From Eledone cirrhosa (taxonomy: Eukaryota): a stretch of 64,000 nucleotides of DNA. The position numbers were made by a program, and so were the translations under genes. The stretch spans positions 133,672,001 through 133,736,000 of the forward strand of contig OZ024742.1 in the NCBI GenBank assembly GCA_964016885.1, in the 5' to 3' direction. The notes beneath the pieces were generated by a model. The model was not told where the DNA came from and did not search any database. It saw only the letters and a program-made list of their open reading frames with translations. Positions 1-14,137 of the stretch are shown one piece after another (the first letter of the stretch is position 1; the number at the start of each line of letters is the position of its first letter).

Positions 1-186
1 ATTAATCATTTTTTAAGCTTATTTATATATTCATCTGTTTATTTATTGCATTGTTCTCGTAGGCCCTGCTTAATACTTTTACATCTATACATTTCCTCAG
101 CGAGCAAACAAATAATCTTAGTGTAGTTATAGCTATATATGCGCATATACTTATATAAGTAATTATACACCACTACGTAAATACAG

Positions 187-200
187 ACATACACACATGT

Positions 201-279
<79 letters not shown>
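187..279. repeat. (CA)n(TA)n compound microsatellite, representative of dozens of such tracts in the window
   Basis: Direct dinucleotide runs; similar tracts at about 8670-8896, 11343-11625, 15085-15258, 21000-21940, 22638-23265, 42895-43213, 53530-53698, 55944-56328, 58390-59250. Confidence 0.98.
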
Positions 280-280
<1 letters not shown>

Positions 281-1250
281 GCATGTCTGTATGTGTTGGT
301 TTATGTGCCTGGGCGTGATTATGTGATTTTGTACTACATGTATGCATATACACTTACATTTAATTGGCCTGAGAACAGTTTTGAAAGAGAATCATATGAT
401 AAATGATTTAAAATAAGAGTAGGGGGCATGAATAGAATTTAAACATAATATATTTCATTGAATATATACGTATATATATAGTATTTCTATGTGTGTCTAT
501 GTGTATGTCTATACACATTGGACAGGCGATTTTGATAGATAGGTTAGAACTTTTAGCTACCAATTTTGCTACGTGAATGCACATATCTACGAACGTGACT
601 TGACAACGATTACAATTTTAGCAGAGTTAATACTACTTCCTAGCACAAACATTCCCCGTCATTGCAAACCTACTTATAAATATTGCGTATTGAAATATAC
701 AATACATCTATCTAACAACAACAAGTCAGTTGATATTAAAATGTTTGTATATATATATATATATATATATATAATACGGAAAACTTTAAGTAATATTGTT
801 TAATGACGTCAAAGTTTACAAATTCTGAGCAGGAAACATTCAATTGATATTTAAGATATTTTTGTGTAGATAACCAAATAATGAGGGAAGAGATATTCAC
901 TCAACATTTTAGCAGCATACGTTTTTTTCAATAACATTCGCATGTATATGACGTTTATTAGAGTGGCGTAATGTACCTATCATTTCCTTTCTGAATGTAG
1001 AGATTCTGGTTCATTTCATTCACGAATTGCCATATATTTCAGAGTATATGACGGAGTATCTCAGCCAAAATTCTATCTCAACATCTGTTTGTATATAAAT
1101 ATAATAATTTCTCATAATATGTTACAGCATGGTGACCGTCTAATGACTGTTGGGTATGTGTTTATGACAGCAATTAATTGACCATCAAAATCTATTAAAG
1201 GAGCCAGACTTGAGAGTCATATGAGAACTAATGTACACGTCCGTATATTG

Positions 1251-1340
<90 letters not shown>

Positions 1341-1384
1341 ACACGCACGCACACATACACACACATATATATATAATAAACTCG

Positions 1385-1610
1385 GATGTAGCTGTGAAAT
1401 CAACCAGCTATTATAAAGCATAGTAAAAAACGGGTTAAAATATAACCGCATAAGATCGGAAGAACGGCCAGAGAAGAAAGGAGATAAGGAGACCATGGAG
1501 GAAAGATAGTCTAAATCATATGATGCGAAACGAGATGTGGAGAGAGAGAAAACATATGGGAATGAGAACGATGAAGCAAATTTTATTTCTTTTAGAATTA
1601 CGAAGGAAAA
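1385..1610. repeat. Unclassified interspersed repeat; diverged copy at about 14170-14390
   Basis: Shared colinear blocks aaaatataacc, agtctaaa, gggaatgagaac..tgaagcaaat, agaattacgaagg in both loci. Confidence 0.6.
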
Positions 1611-2597
1611 CCATATCCGTCTCTCTCACTCTCTCTCTCTCTCTCTCTGTATATACATGCACACACACCCACATATATACACACACATACACACCCACAC
1701 ATGCACACACACACATATACACACACACATATATATATATATTTCTTTTCACAAGGCCAGCCTATACTAAACCATAACAAAAATACAATTAAACTCCCAG
1801 AAATCACAATTTGACACTCAAAAATAATGTCCACTGTAGCAAAATCATACGCACCATATTTCATGTCTAATAAACATCAGCTGACACTCATCCCGAAAAC
1901 ATAAATATGAAACAAATTTCAACACTTCAAATAAAGAGGATAAAATTATAAAACGGAGTCACTATAGAGGTAATAAGAGGTGAAACTGCGCCAAGCCCCA
2001 GTCTATATCAGCATCTGGTTTTTAATAAATATGTTTTGTGCAATAATAATTAACTCAATATACTCTGCAAAGCACTTCATCATAATAACTTATAAACAAT
2101 AATCACACACCGATCATATACGTCGACTGCCGTTCAAGCATCCTCAAACCTACTACCCATCAATAAATTATAGTTAAACTAATAATTATTACAATCTTGA
2201 AATAATAGCTCTATAAACATTAAATTAAATATATTTCAGTAAACAATAATTAAATACAGAATTAGAAAAAATATGTGTGCAACCCAATAAATGCCAGAAT
2301 GAAGAATATACTGTTCAATAGATATATTTTGAAAATCACAAAACCAAACCAAGAATTTAAAAATACACTTTAAGAATTAGAAAAAAATAAACGACGTTTT
2401 AAACGACATTGTACATGCCTTTCACTCTCAAAATTTAAAGTATACCAAAGTTGCAGGATGGAAACAGCCAAAACCAGTTGTAGAAATTCATAACTTCCTC
2501 AATATATCTTACCGTAAAAACCGACTGCCATTTCTTCCTTCATATTCTCGAACATACATTAAACTGATATTAAACAAATAACACATGAAAAAGAATA

Positions 2598-2790
2598 AAT
2601 AATTGTCTCTACTTTTGGCAAAAGGCCATCAATTCCCCCAGTACGTTGCTGGTACTTTATTTTATCGACCCCGTAAGGATGAAAGACAAAGTTAACCTCG
2701 GCGGGACTTGAACTAAGGCCGCAAAGGGACGTAACTCTGTGCTGTAAAGCATGACGTTTGATCCTCTAACGATACTGCCAGTCCACCGCC
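2598..2790 (-). mobile_element. tRNA-derived SINE with Deu/Nin-like central domain (copy 1 of a three-copy cluster)
   Basis: Minus strand reads ggcggtggactggcagt...agttcaagtcccgccgaggttaactttgtctttcatccttacggggtcgataaaataaagtacc; B-box-like GTTCAAGTCC; matches the other copies in the window. Confidence 0.9.
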
Positions 2791-2817
2791 AAAAACTGTA
2801 AAATATTACATGTACTT

Positions 2818-2890
2818 CTTGCTCAGGATTGAACCCATGGCCAGCATCTCCACCGTCCCTAGTACCTACCGCTGGGCCACTGAGGCAACT
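2818..2890 (-). mobile_element. tRNA-like head (Pol III A/B boxes) of a different SINE or tRNA pseudogene
   Basis: Minus strand: gcctcagTGGCCCAGCGGTAgg...GGGTTCAATCCtgagc; no complete cloverleaf recognised. Confidence 0.55.
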
Positions 2891-2905
2891 GAGACAAAAA
2901 TAATA

Positions 2906-3292
2906 AATAATTGTTTCTACTTTAGGCATAAGGCCAGAAATTACCCAGTACACAACTGGTACTTTATTTTATCGACCCCGTAAGGATGAAAGGCAAAGTT
3001 AGCCTCGGTGGGATTTGAACTCACACTGTACGTAACTATGCTAGAAAGCATGGCGTCCAACCCTCTACCGATACTGCCAATTCACCGCCCCAAATTAATA
3101 AATAATTGTTTCTACTTTTTGGCACAAGGCCAGCAATTATCCCAGTACATTACTGGTGCTTTATTTTATCGACCCCGTAAGGATGAAAGGCAAAGTTAAC
3201 CTCGGCGGGAATTGAACTCAGATCGTAAAGGGACGTAACTATGCTGGAAAGCATAATCCAACCCTCTACCGATACTGCCAATTCACCGCCCA
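2906..3292 (-). mobile_element. Two head-to-tail copies of the Deu/Nin-domain SINE (about 2906-3090 and 3100-3292)
   Basis: Repeated ttttatcgaccccgtaaggatgaaaggcaaagtt..cctcgg..gg..ttgaactca and ccctctaccgatactgccaattcaccgcc. Confidence 0.92.
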
Positions 3293-4899
3293 AAATAATA
3301 AATAATGAACCATAGATATCTACTATAATTTGTCTAACAACAAGTAATTATCTCCCAATTCTAATAATTCAAACATTATAACCAATCAGGAGGAATCCAT
3401 AATATAGAGAAAATACAAATTCATTGCACCTTCCAAATTAAATCATAATAGCCATATCTTGTATAATTCAAGACAAAAAAAAAACATTTTATCCCCATCA
3501 CTAAAGTCTTGGCTGTATTGATACTGAATCAACAAAATCTGTTTTGCATTAGGAATGATTAAACATAGATCATAGTCGACACGATATCCAAAGTATGATA
3601 CTACATTATATATGAAATTAATTCTCTTATAACCTCTAGCAACATCGGAATAAAAGTAAACGAATACAATAAAATTAAACCAAATTAGATGCGCCACACA
3701 ACATACAATTACTTAACTACACAATTAATTACCCTTCTAAAACTAACCAATTAATGAAATATTGTACCCGCATTAAAAGTCAAATACCACCAAAATACCA
3801 ATGCAGATAAAATATCTTTCCTTCCAAAATGAAACATAATACAAGTATAAAAATTACTCTAAAAAGGTAAACTATTAAAACCCTCCACGATTACAAACTT
3901 ATGTATATTAACACTATACTTCTTTGAGTCTGTCTGTTGCATTAGTATTTTCAGAGGATAGTTTACCTATTTTTTTATGAATTCTGTAAGTCAAAATAAA
4001 TTTCTTAAGTGTCGTATGAAGGCTATAGATAAATGATTAATGACGCATTATGTTATGGGCCATGTGGAATTGCCATCATGTCAGCTCTCGTTCAAAACTA
4101 TAAACCATTAACTGTTATTAATTTTATCGCATTCATGAATAATGTGGCCCAAACATGTCTCGCTCTGCACAACACGTTATTTTATGGGTTACTATTCTTG
4201 GGTAACATAGAGACTAAACGCTACTACGCATATATGCACTATAACAAACGATCACACTTGCTGACACCCATACACGCATACACAAACTCTCTCTTTCTTT
4301 CTCTCCTTATCTCACAAACTCGCACACATACACAAATACACACACTACAATTATATATATATGTACACACTGTAGCTGGCGTGCGAGATTGATTTCGCTT
4401 TTTTGTTATTTTATATGTATATACATCATTTACATATCTACCTACATATATACACACACGTATACACACACACACACACACACACACACATTAATATATA
4501 TAAGTGTGCGTGTGTGTGTATGATAATAGTTATTTCCTTAATGAAGAGTATCATCTCCTCAACGTTGTGTTAAACGGCGATGACCTTGAATAACTTAGCA
4601 AACCTGCCTCCTTCAAGCACACTGTCATACAGATGTGACGCACATGAAGGACCTGGATAGTCCTGAACGTAACTTGCTCCCAATACCCCTCATTTCCCGC
4701 TTAAGACTAGCAACAGACTTACAAGCCTTGTTGTAAAACTGACACGAATAAATTGCAGGCCTTTCAGGGAGGACACCACCATAATCGCCTCCAGACTGTT
4801 AATTACTGTGAGCTGTTAAAGGATTAGGAAGCCCAGTATGAGAAAGAACTACGTTTCCATGTTGGTAGTCGTACAGAAATATATAATATATTAAGAAAC

Positions 4900-7800
4900 A
4901 TATGACATGTTTGCATGCATGAAAAAGGTATTCCTAGTATTATTATCTAAAGATATATTTTTTTTGTTCATGGTTAATACAAGTGTTACTGTGCACCAAC
5001 ATAGTAGACGCCAATACAGTTGCCATCCAAAGAGGCTGGCATTATCCTGAAATGTCGCCTATTCTCGGGGAGGCATGGGGAATTGACAAGATCGGATGGT
5101 AGGTCTAACAGAACAAGCTCGTTGATTTTCAATTAGCGTATCCGTGATAGGCTGTTTGAATGCCAGAGGAGACAAAAGCTGGTTTCGACACACCATCAGG
5201 ACATTATCAGGGAACATATAGGGGACTACTGCTAAAGATTCTGTTTAAAATTGTTTATTGACTCTAAGAAATCACAGATGCCTAACGTTACGGCAGGTAT
5301 AGTGTGTAGGGATTTAATAGAAGTGATACAGCCCCGATCATCCATATCATGGTTGATGAAAACAGCACTATTTTATCTATAGTATCTCACACATAGTTTT
5401 AGCATTGACTTGGGGAGTGCCATTTTCAACAACCAGAGGACCAGCAATGCAGACAGCGAACTTTTATTTTTCACAAATGAAGAGCACAATTTGGGATTGA
5501 GTTTGATTTTCTCAATGGCCAATTCTTCCTCAAGCTGTTCTATGGCTATTGGTGGTGGTCCTCATACATTGATGGAGATTGTATTTTTTTTTATTCGAGC
5601 AGTGCGATAGCAGTCGAATGGATGTGTTGCTGTTGGCACTATTTTTTCTTTTTATTTTTGCTTCCTCTTTTAGGCAGCAGTTGCTGACTGGAGGTGGGTT
5701 TGCACTGTTGGATAAGGTTATAGTTTCCACTTTTGGTTGTGTTATTTTACCTTCGTGAAAAGTCTGGACGAATATTACTGCAGATGGAGGTTATTTTACA
5801 ATGGGTTAGATTTTTGCTTGGAGCCCCACTTCTCAGCACTTCAAGTCACTGGTAGATTAGTGAAGGGATTGCCACTCTATAGACAGAGTCTCTCGCGTTA
5901 GAGTTAATGCAAATTTTAGGATTCTGTGTTTCGTGTGTTTTAGTGTTTGATTTAGTATTTGGTGGTGTTGATATCATTAGGGTATGTTGGGTTTGACTTT
6001 GGCTGATAGTATTCATTTGCATTGTGAGTCTCTTTCTAGCTAGATTCGTGAAGATACACTCACTGCGTGTGCAGAGCTTCTAGCATAGTTAATATCGGCA
6101 AAGTTTGGGGTTTCGTATTCGTGCTCTGAGGGATGGTTGTGTATGCTGCTTCATAGATTTGGACATATGTTTCTTAGTACTGTAAGATTGTTGTGGAGAT
6201 ATGTAGGAACAAAGCAGTGTTTTATTGTTAGTTAAGGTAATAGAAAAGAAAAAAGTACTAGCAGTAGACCATTGTGCTGAAATTTAGGAGAGGCGCTTTC
6301 TGTCTTTTTTACTTTCTGTTGTTGCTGTTGCTGTGGATGATGTTGTTGTGGTTATTGTTGATTTTGCATCGGTTGGTTGTCGATGATGATTCGTTTATCA
6401 ATATATTGGAGAATATATAGGGCGAAGTTTTTCGAAGTGACACTAGATTAATTTACAAGTTTCATTTGCTTTGATAATAATGCAAATCATAGCTGATAGT
6501 GTCTATTTTATTCTGATCAGTTCAATGCTTTCAAGCATCTTACATGTTGGCGGGAGGTATATACTTTTTGATAGGTGTAGCAATATATAGTAGATGGGCG
6601 GTCTATACGCAGAGAAAATATGCAAACAATCAATCGTTACCCAATATACATTGGAACTATATCACCTGGTTAACTTTGTCTGTACTTAGAACTCTCCCAC
6701 ATTGTGATGTCATGGGTTTCGGATCTACTAAAGTTGTTACATATAAGGTTATCCGCGTGGACCTTCCTATATCGAGAAGGATATACACATATATATAAAC
6801 AATACATACATATATGTACACAGACTCACAAATGCACTAAACGCTCAAGCACATACCTATATTAACACATTCATTCACTTATACATAAGGGTACAAACAC
6901 ATATTCTAGAAGAACTCATATAAATGTATCTCTGTAAGGGATATATACTTGCCTATATAGTGCAACAAAGAAAATATGTAACAAATGCTAAAATCAGAAA
7001 ACGAAAGAATAAGATAAGGAGGACCATATGGACCACTCAGTAGAATCGTATACCTTATTGAAGAAAAATTAATAGAGGCGATGGTGACATTCATTACTAA
7101 ATCGTTTGAAGTATTCATAGGATTTGGGATCGAGAGTGTGATAAAATATGGCCTATGTGATATATAATTGGAAAACGCCTTATTGCCTTTATAGGAGCAG
7201 AACTATCTAGAATATCCCAATGGGGTTTCTAGATAATTTTGGACACAATCAGATTAGATATATACCGTATTGAGCAAGTAGTGTACTTCAGCTTATTATT
7301 TTTAAAGGAGAGTAGGAATTATAGCGGGCCTTAAATGGACTAGCCTGTGGTGTCGAAATATGAACTAGTAGAGTCTTTTCACAGTTCATTTATATATGTT
7401 GTTAGTTAGGCATAATCCACTAAGGGTACAATTAGTCGTATCCCTATATTTACAGCTTATGTATTAGGTTTATTGGAAGGTGTGAGGTGTTCAGCCTGCT
7501 GCCCATATGTCGGTTTAGTGTACTTCCATTTGAAGCATTACCTATGTTAGTGGAGTTGGTATTAGGTGGATTATGTTGTAATAGATCATCTGTGTTAGTA
7601 CAATATATTTCGAAGGACTCTGATGTTCCTGAATGCTATATAATTGGGGGGGGGGGTTAGATATTGATAACTAAACCTTATTTTTATTGATTAATTTATT
7701 GCATTAGTGGTCGGGTGAGAAATTGATATCTAGAATATCAACGAATATAATAGGCATATTAGAGGATACATTGAGGCTGGTGGGTGTATTAAGCCACGAA

Positions 7801-8670
7801 CTATTTCGTCTGCAAGTGGTAGTCGAACTAGAGGATATATTACTGTTCTTAATCTGGGGAATTCGTTTTCTGCAGTTTTTACCTAACGTATTATGGTTGC
7901 TCCTTTCTAGATTACAATTAGGTGGTTTGACTTTATATTTTGGATTGTTATTTATATGTATGCGAAATGTTGTGTTAGGTCTGGGGAGCAAACCTACATA
8001 TTTATTTCTATTATTTAGAGGCGGTATAGTAGAAATCAAGAAAAAATAGTAGAAATCATTATTTAGAGGAGTGGATTGGCAGTATCGGTAGAGAGCCGGA
8101 CGCCATGCTTTGACGTATAGAGTTACAGCCCTTGTCAGTCTGAGTTCAAATCCCGCCGAGGTTAACTTTGCCTTTCATCCTTACGGTGTCGATAAAATAA
8201 AGTACCAGTAATGTACTGAGTATTTGTTGGCCTTGTACCAAAAGTAGAAACAAATATTTAGAGGCTTTATATTAGAGAATTTACTTAACTTTTAGCTACA
8301 TGGGCGTTTAGTGAGATTATTATACCTGGGACGTCATTAGTTTTCAAATTTTTACCTGAACTTTTACTGCACTTCTTAGATCCACTATTGTCAAATTTAT
8401 TAGTATGTGTAACAATATTAGTATTATTAAATAAATGTGTAGTATCACTATCTGGGATGTAAGTAAACTTACTGCTATACCTGAATCTAGAGAATACATC
8501 ATTATAATATATCCCCATTAGCCGATTGTCTAGAGATTCTATGGGATATACTCCTAAATATTGAGCTACTAATAAACCTAGCATGGTGGGCTTGTAAATT
8601 CACTAATGTTAGCGTTTTACATGGCTTATTTTAGGGGCGGTTTAGGCTAATGTCGAGGTCAGGCGTGGCA
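4900..8670 (-). mobile_element. Heavily decayed, 5'-truncated Naiad-like Penelope retroelement (3' boundary uncertain)
   Basis: Minus translation near 8670-8500 ([45 protein letters not shown]) aligns by eye with the RT-thumb segment of the 49.5-kb element (VTLDLVTNSYKPFHKPNEILSYVNPNSNHP...SDRIS). Region 7460-7170 gives SCKYRDTTNCTLSGLCLTNN-IY..PFKARYNS..HWDIL, a decayed Cys cluster plus GIY-YIG. Starts at a (CA)/(TA) tract. Confidence 0.65.
8070..8256 (+). mobile_element. Deu/Nin-domain SINE inserted in the decayed PLE
   Basis: gtggattggcagtatcggtag...gagttcaaatcccgccgaggttaactttgcctttcatcc; flanked by tatttagagg on both sides (probable TSD). Confidence 0.92.
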
Positions 8671-8738
8671 TACACACACACGCACACATATATATATATA
8701 CACACACACACATATATATATATATGTATATATATATG

Positions 8739-8862
<124 letters not shown>

Positions 8863-8925
8863 CATATATACATATATATATACATATATATATATAATTG
8901 CAAACTTGACTGTCACCACACATTA

Positions 8926-8964
8926 TGAACCTGAAGATTGCGAAAGCATGAAAGTACTTGTTCA
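8926..8964 (+). ncRNA. Minimal type I hammerhead ribozyme, intact core
   Basis: tgaac-CTGAAGA-t-tgc(gaaa)gca-t-GAAA-gtac-TT-gttca: 5-bp stem I, GNRA-capped stem II, palindromic stem III AGTACT; cassette lies between (TA)n tracts. Confidence 0.85.
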
Positions 8965-9295
8965 ATTAACACTTAGCATTTAATATTCTACCATACTATT
9001 TCATTATAATACCATTATAAATTTTAAAGGATTGTAAATAAAACGAGTAAATCAGACAAAGTTGGAATTCCTCTTATTAATATAATCTTCTATACACAAT
9101 CATACACACCCGTGTATATGTATCTATCTCTCTATATATATGAATATATATATATATATATACATTCATTAGTTAAGCAAAACAAGACCACGAATTTCAC
9201 AAGGAAGGCATTATTAAAAGATTGTCAACATATTTTAGTTTGATGTAAGGAATGTAGAGAATAATAATAATAATTATTAATAATATTAATAATAA

Positions 9296-9477
9296 TAATT
9301 GTTTCTACTTTTGGCACAAGGCCAGCAATTATTCCAGTGCATTGCTGGTACTTTATTTTATCGACCCCGTAAGGATGAAAGGCAAAGTTAACGTCGGCGG
9401 GATTTGAACTCAGATCATAAAGGGAGGTAACTCTATGCTTCAAAGCATGGCGTCCGACCCTTACCGATACTGCCAAT
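9296..9477 (-). mobile_element. Deu/Nin-domain SINE
   Basis: Same family sequence; ends in an (AAT)n tract. Confidence 0.9.
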
Positions 9478-10257
9478 GTCCGTTTACAACGTCCGTGGTC
9501 CTGTGTTGCTTAACTAATGAATATTTCCAGCTCTGCGCACCTAACTTCTGCATGAACCCAGCCACCTAGCTGCTTTCTACTGCATATTGCACATTGAGCA
9601 CATGCCTTCACGCTTTGGCTTCTAACTAATTCACCAATCTCTCCTCTCACAACTCCTCTCCTATCTCCATCTCTCTCTTTAAGATTGGTTACTCTTGAAC
9701 TGTGTATATATATATATATATGTATATATGTTTTCTCTTTGTTTATTTAATTAAGATTATTATTACTAATCACGTTCGTGATTTCTCCTCTCCCCACAAT
9801 AAACTTAACGAGTTACATTTCACACGGTATCTTATTTCTTCTAGCCTTTTTTCTTCCCTTTCTCTCTCTCTTTCTTTCGTTCTGTCTGCTATAAAAAGCA
9901 CAATAAATTCTCACCTCACCTCACATAAAATTCCAAGAGTACATATTATTCCCTAATTGCTATCAGTTACTGCTTTGTCTTGTCTCTTACTCCATAGACA
10001 ACGCTTTGATTTGTGTCAGATACTGTGACCCTGCGTTGACCAGCAGTACCGTTGGTAGTGATAGAAACTGACATTCACCATCTCATAGGCTGAAGATTCT
10101 GGAATTCTATGTCGTTCGTTTTATTTACAAAAAAACATTTAAAAAGATTTCCCATTCCCATTGAAAAAATATGCGTGCACGTTTTTGTTTATCTCTTTCT
10201 CTCCTCCTTGGATTGAAATAGAAGTCCATTTGTTGCAGTGGTGGTAGTGGAAGTAGT

Positions 10258-10350
10258 AGAGGAGGAGGAGGAGGAGGAGGAGAAGAAGAAGAAGAAGAAG
10301 AAGAAGAAGAAGAAGAAGAAGAAGAAGAAGAAGAAGAAGAAGGAGGAGGG
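10258..10350. repeat. (GGA)n/(GAA)n trinucleotide microsatellite
   Basis: Direct observation. Confidence 0.95.
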
Positions 10351-10946
10351 AGATATGTGACAACAACAATAGGGCCAAGGCAAAGAAGCAACGGAAAGCC
10401 GAAGGGGGGTATAGGCGAAGCAGGAGGAGACGGCGGGATAGTGTGGAAGTAACAGTAGTAAAGTGAGCTGTCCATGGGACTGACTTAAATGGTAGAGTGA
10501 CCTTAAAGTTGACTGAGGGAGTAATCGTTTCTAAATATCTTTCTTAATATTTCTGTAGGTAATACTGCCATTCTTAATGTGTTAAACATTGAGCTGCAGT
10601 GTGATTGTTTCTACAAATATCTATCTTTCTTAGTATTTCTGTAGGGAATACTGTCTATGTTCATTTGTCCATAGACAGTATTCACCAATGTTCATTTGTC
10701 CATTGGTGGTAATGTTGGGTGCTAGTTGCTGTTTCGTCTCTGGTAGATGCATATAAACAGAGGTTCGTATTTAGTGATGAAGTATGATTCTTTGCTAATG
10801 CGCTGAATGTGGGAAGCTTTGTCTCTAAATTTGTAAAGGGGAAACATTCTGAAATTAGGTTGCTCATTATAGGCGCTGGTGGCAATGTGTTAGCTCAGTG
10901 CTATTTTTCTGTATTCCCGAATTGATTTGGTATCTATGAACGGTCA

Positions 10947-10993
<47 letters not shown>

Positions 10994-11370
10994 ATATGTA
11001 TTTATTTTCATACTCGGAACTAAAGCTCTATGTAATGTTTGAAGAGCTAATATTGACTACATCTCCAGATTGTAAGAGGGACCAAATCTGTGACCTAGTC
11101 TTTAGGCGCTTACACGAGTAAATAGCTCTTTTGTTTTGTGTATGAACATAAATAAATAATATATTATATCACGTTTCTTCCCGAATTCAACGCTGTATAA
11201 GTTATCGTTTTTCACACCTACGGGTATTTACTACACCCAAACATACACACATACACAAATACACACACACACAGATGGTGTACATTCTGACTGGGCATCG
11301 AGTACTCATATTGGTAACACTAATTCACAGAATAATCTAGATTATATATATATATATTTATATATATATT

Positions 11371-11581
<211 letters not shown>

Positions 11582-12118
11582 CGAGGTAGAGAGATATACA
11601 GATAGATAGATAGATAGATAGATATAGGAGAGAATACACGAAAGGAGCGTGTTTTCATTACAGTGAAAATATTACGACTAGAGTGGAAAACATAAAAACT
11701 GCGAAAGGTACAGGAAATGCATTCTAATTAAACAGATTGGTTAAAATGGAAAGGTTACCTTCATAACTATGACACCTCTACAGTCTCGTGGAGGGTTTGT
11801 TTCAGTAAAAACTTCAAGAATCAGATTCTACATAGATCATCGGCTGGTGTTTCAGAAAATGTGTCTTGCACGTCTAATTATGGTACTAGTTATTAGTATG
11901 CTGGGAGAGAAAAGGAAAAATAAGTGCTTCAGACTGTATCTAGTGGCCGGAATGGGAAAATAAAACTGCAAAAATTTGCAGCCTATGGCCATTCAAATTA
12001 TACTGTGGTCGACAAACAGAGACATTTGTAAGGAGGTAAATTATCAAATGATTACTTGAGCTCATTAAACCACAAGAATTGACGCGAGTTCTTTACTCCC
12101 TTGTTTCATGTATATATA

Positions 12119-14065
12119 CTAGCTGACGTACCCAGCTTCGTCCGAGTAAACAGATAAAAGAGAAATTGACTGTATTGGATGTTTGTCTGGTTACAATATG
12201 AGGCGAGTCCGTGGTATCTGTGTGATACAAAAAACAGTTTTAAAAATCTTCCAGATATACCAGATTCTTCGTTGTACCGTTTTTGCATAGTATATGAACA
12301 ATTCTAGGTGCTCCCACATAGAATAGGAGATGGTTCGTTTTCTGCCTGACTGTAAATCGTGTATCATTGCATAGACGTGGTTGTTCCACGTTTCACAAAA
12401 GGATGATGGGAGTTCCAATCTTTTATATTCTATGTAGATATAGATATAAATAATTAATATAAAAGACGATGCTCAGCTAGTTCGTCTTCAACCAACGTAG
12501 CACGCCGTCGCTGCTTCGCTCCAGTGTTTCGTTGGCCACCTCCTCTTCATTCATGGCGGCACGACTTCGTCTCTGAAGTTCGGCGTTCCCATGGCGCTGT
12601 TCGGCCCGTTTCTCTTCATTCCTGGCTGCACGATGTCGCCGCTGTAGTTCACTGTTTGATAGTCGAATTGCTTTTATTATCAGTATTCATTTCGAGCAAT
12701 TGTCAAAAAGTGACAAAATAATAAATATAAAAGATATCCGTCAATTTAAAAAAAAGGTTCCTATTTACTCCCTTCACAACTCTGTGTATGTTAGACTGAA
12801 AGACAGGCACACAGACAGATAAACTGCGTGGCGATTATGGAACGCCGCACGTACACACACACATACATGCACGGAAACGCGCACACGCACGCAAACTTAC
12901 ACATGCACCCGTGCATTTACACACGCACACACTCACACATGTTGATAGGTTTTACTTTCTGTGGAACGCTGCACGCACGCACGCATAAACATACGCGCAC
13001 GTACATACACACGCGCACATTTTAATAGTTAATGCTTTCCTTCCCCTCTTATTTCCACACACATCACAAACACACATGTCTCTACACTGACACTTATACA
13101 TAGTGTATCCAACACAACGTTCACTTTATCTCCCTGTTTCTTACTCTCCCCTCTCACTCCCTCTATTAGCATTATGCATATTCATTTAAGTTTGGCGTCG
13201 TTGAGGTGGGCGGAGTCGTTTGAAACCCATGAACCAATGATAATCGAGAATTATGACACACGGAATACTGACATTGTTGAAATTAATATATACTAGCTGA
13301 CGTACCCAGCTTCGACCGGGTAAACAGATGATAAGAGAAAACAGGTAAACGAGAAAATGACTGTATTGGATGTTTGTCTGGTTACAGTATGAGGCGAGTC
13401 CGTGGTGTCTGTGTGATAAAAAAACAAAAAGAAAATCTTCCATATATACCACATTCTTCGTTGTACCGTTTGTGCATAGTATATGAATAATTCTAGGTGC
13501 ACCCACCTAGAATAGTGACCTCTAGAAGATGGTTCACCTTCTGCCTGACTGTAAAACGTGTATCATTGCATAGACTTGGTTGTTCCACGCTTCTCAAAAG
13601 GACGATGGAAGTTCCAATCTGTGATATTATATGTAGATATAGATATAGATAATTAATATAAAAAATGATGCTCAGCCAGCTCCTCTTCATTCATGGCGGC
13701 ACGTTTTCGCCTCTGAGTTCGGCGTTCTAATGGCGCTGTTCTGCCCGTTTTTCTTCATTCCTGGTTGCACGCCGTCGCCGCTGTAGTTCACTGTTTGATA
13801 AAATCTAATTGCTTTTACTTTCTGTGGAACGCTGGACGCACGCACACACACATAAACATACGGGCACGTACATACACATGCACACATGGTAATAGTTACA
13901 GCGTTCACTTTGCCTCTCTGTTTCTTACTCTCCTCTCTGACTCCTTCATTGGCATTATGCATATTAATTTAAGTTTGGCGTCGTTGAGGTGGGCGGAATC
14001 GTTTGAAACCTATGAACCAATGATAATCGAGAATTATGAGACACGGAATAATGACATTGTTGAAA

Positions 14066-14070
<5 letters not shown>
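12119..14070 (-). mobile_element. Two head-to-tail copies of a non-autonomous Helitron-like element (12119-13292 and 13293-about 14070)
   Basis: Both units begin on + with CTAGctgacgtacccagcttcg(t/a)ccg(a/g)gtaaa, i.e. a minus-strand GC hairpin then CTAG then T. Both end with the same ...gacattgttgaaattaatata block and are colinear throughout, with indels. No clear 5' TC. Confidence 0.75.

Positions 14071-14137
<67 letters not shown>

Noticed and set aside
1800-2560. Possible decayed PLE endonuclease end with HHR relic near 2450-2485
   Set aside because: Similarity too weak to support by eye.
4638-4678. cacatga-aggac(ctggata)gtcct-gaac, hammerhead-like
   Set aside because: Stem II is good, but three or more core positions deviate; not counted.
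5165-5215. HHR-like motif on minus strand (CTGATAA or CTGATGG ... GAAAC)
   Set aside because: Core mutated and stems I and II do not pair convincingly; at best a decayed remnant of the Naiad 3' end.
10014-10072. tgtcag...ctgaca hairpin downstream of a TATAAAA as a pre-miRNA or promoter
   Set aside because: Branched, poorly paired stem with no recognisable mature miRNA; TATA-like words are ubiquitous in this AT-rich DNA.
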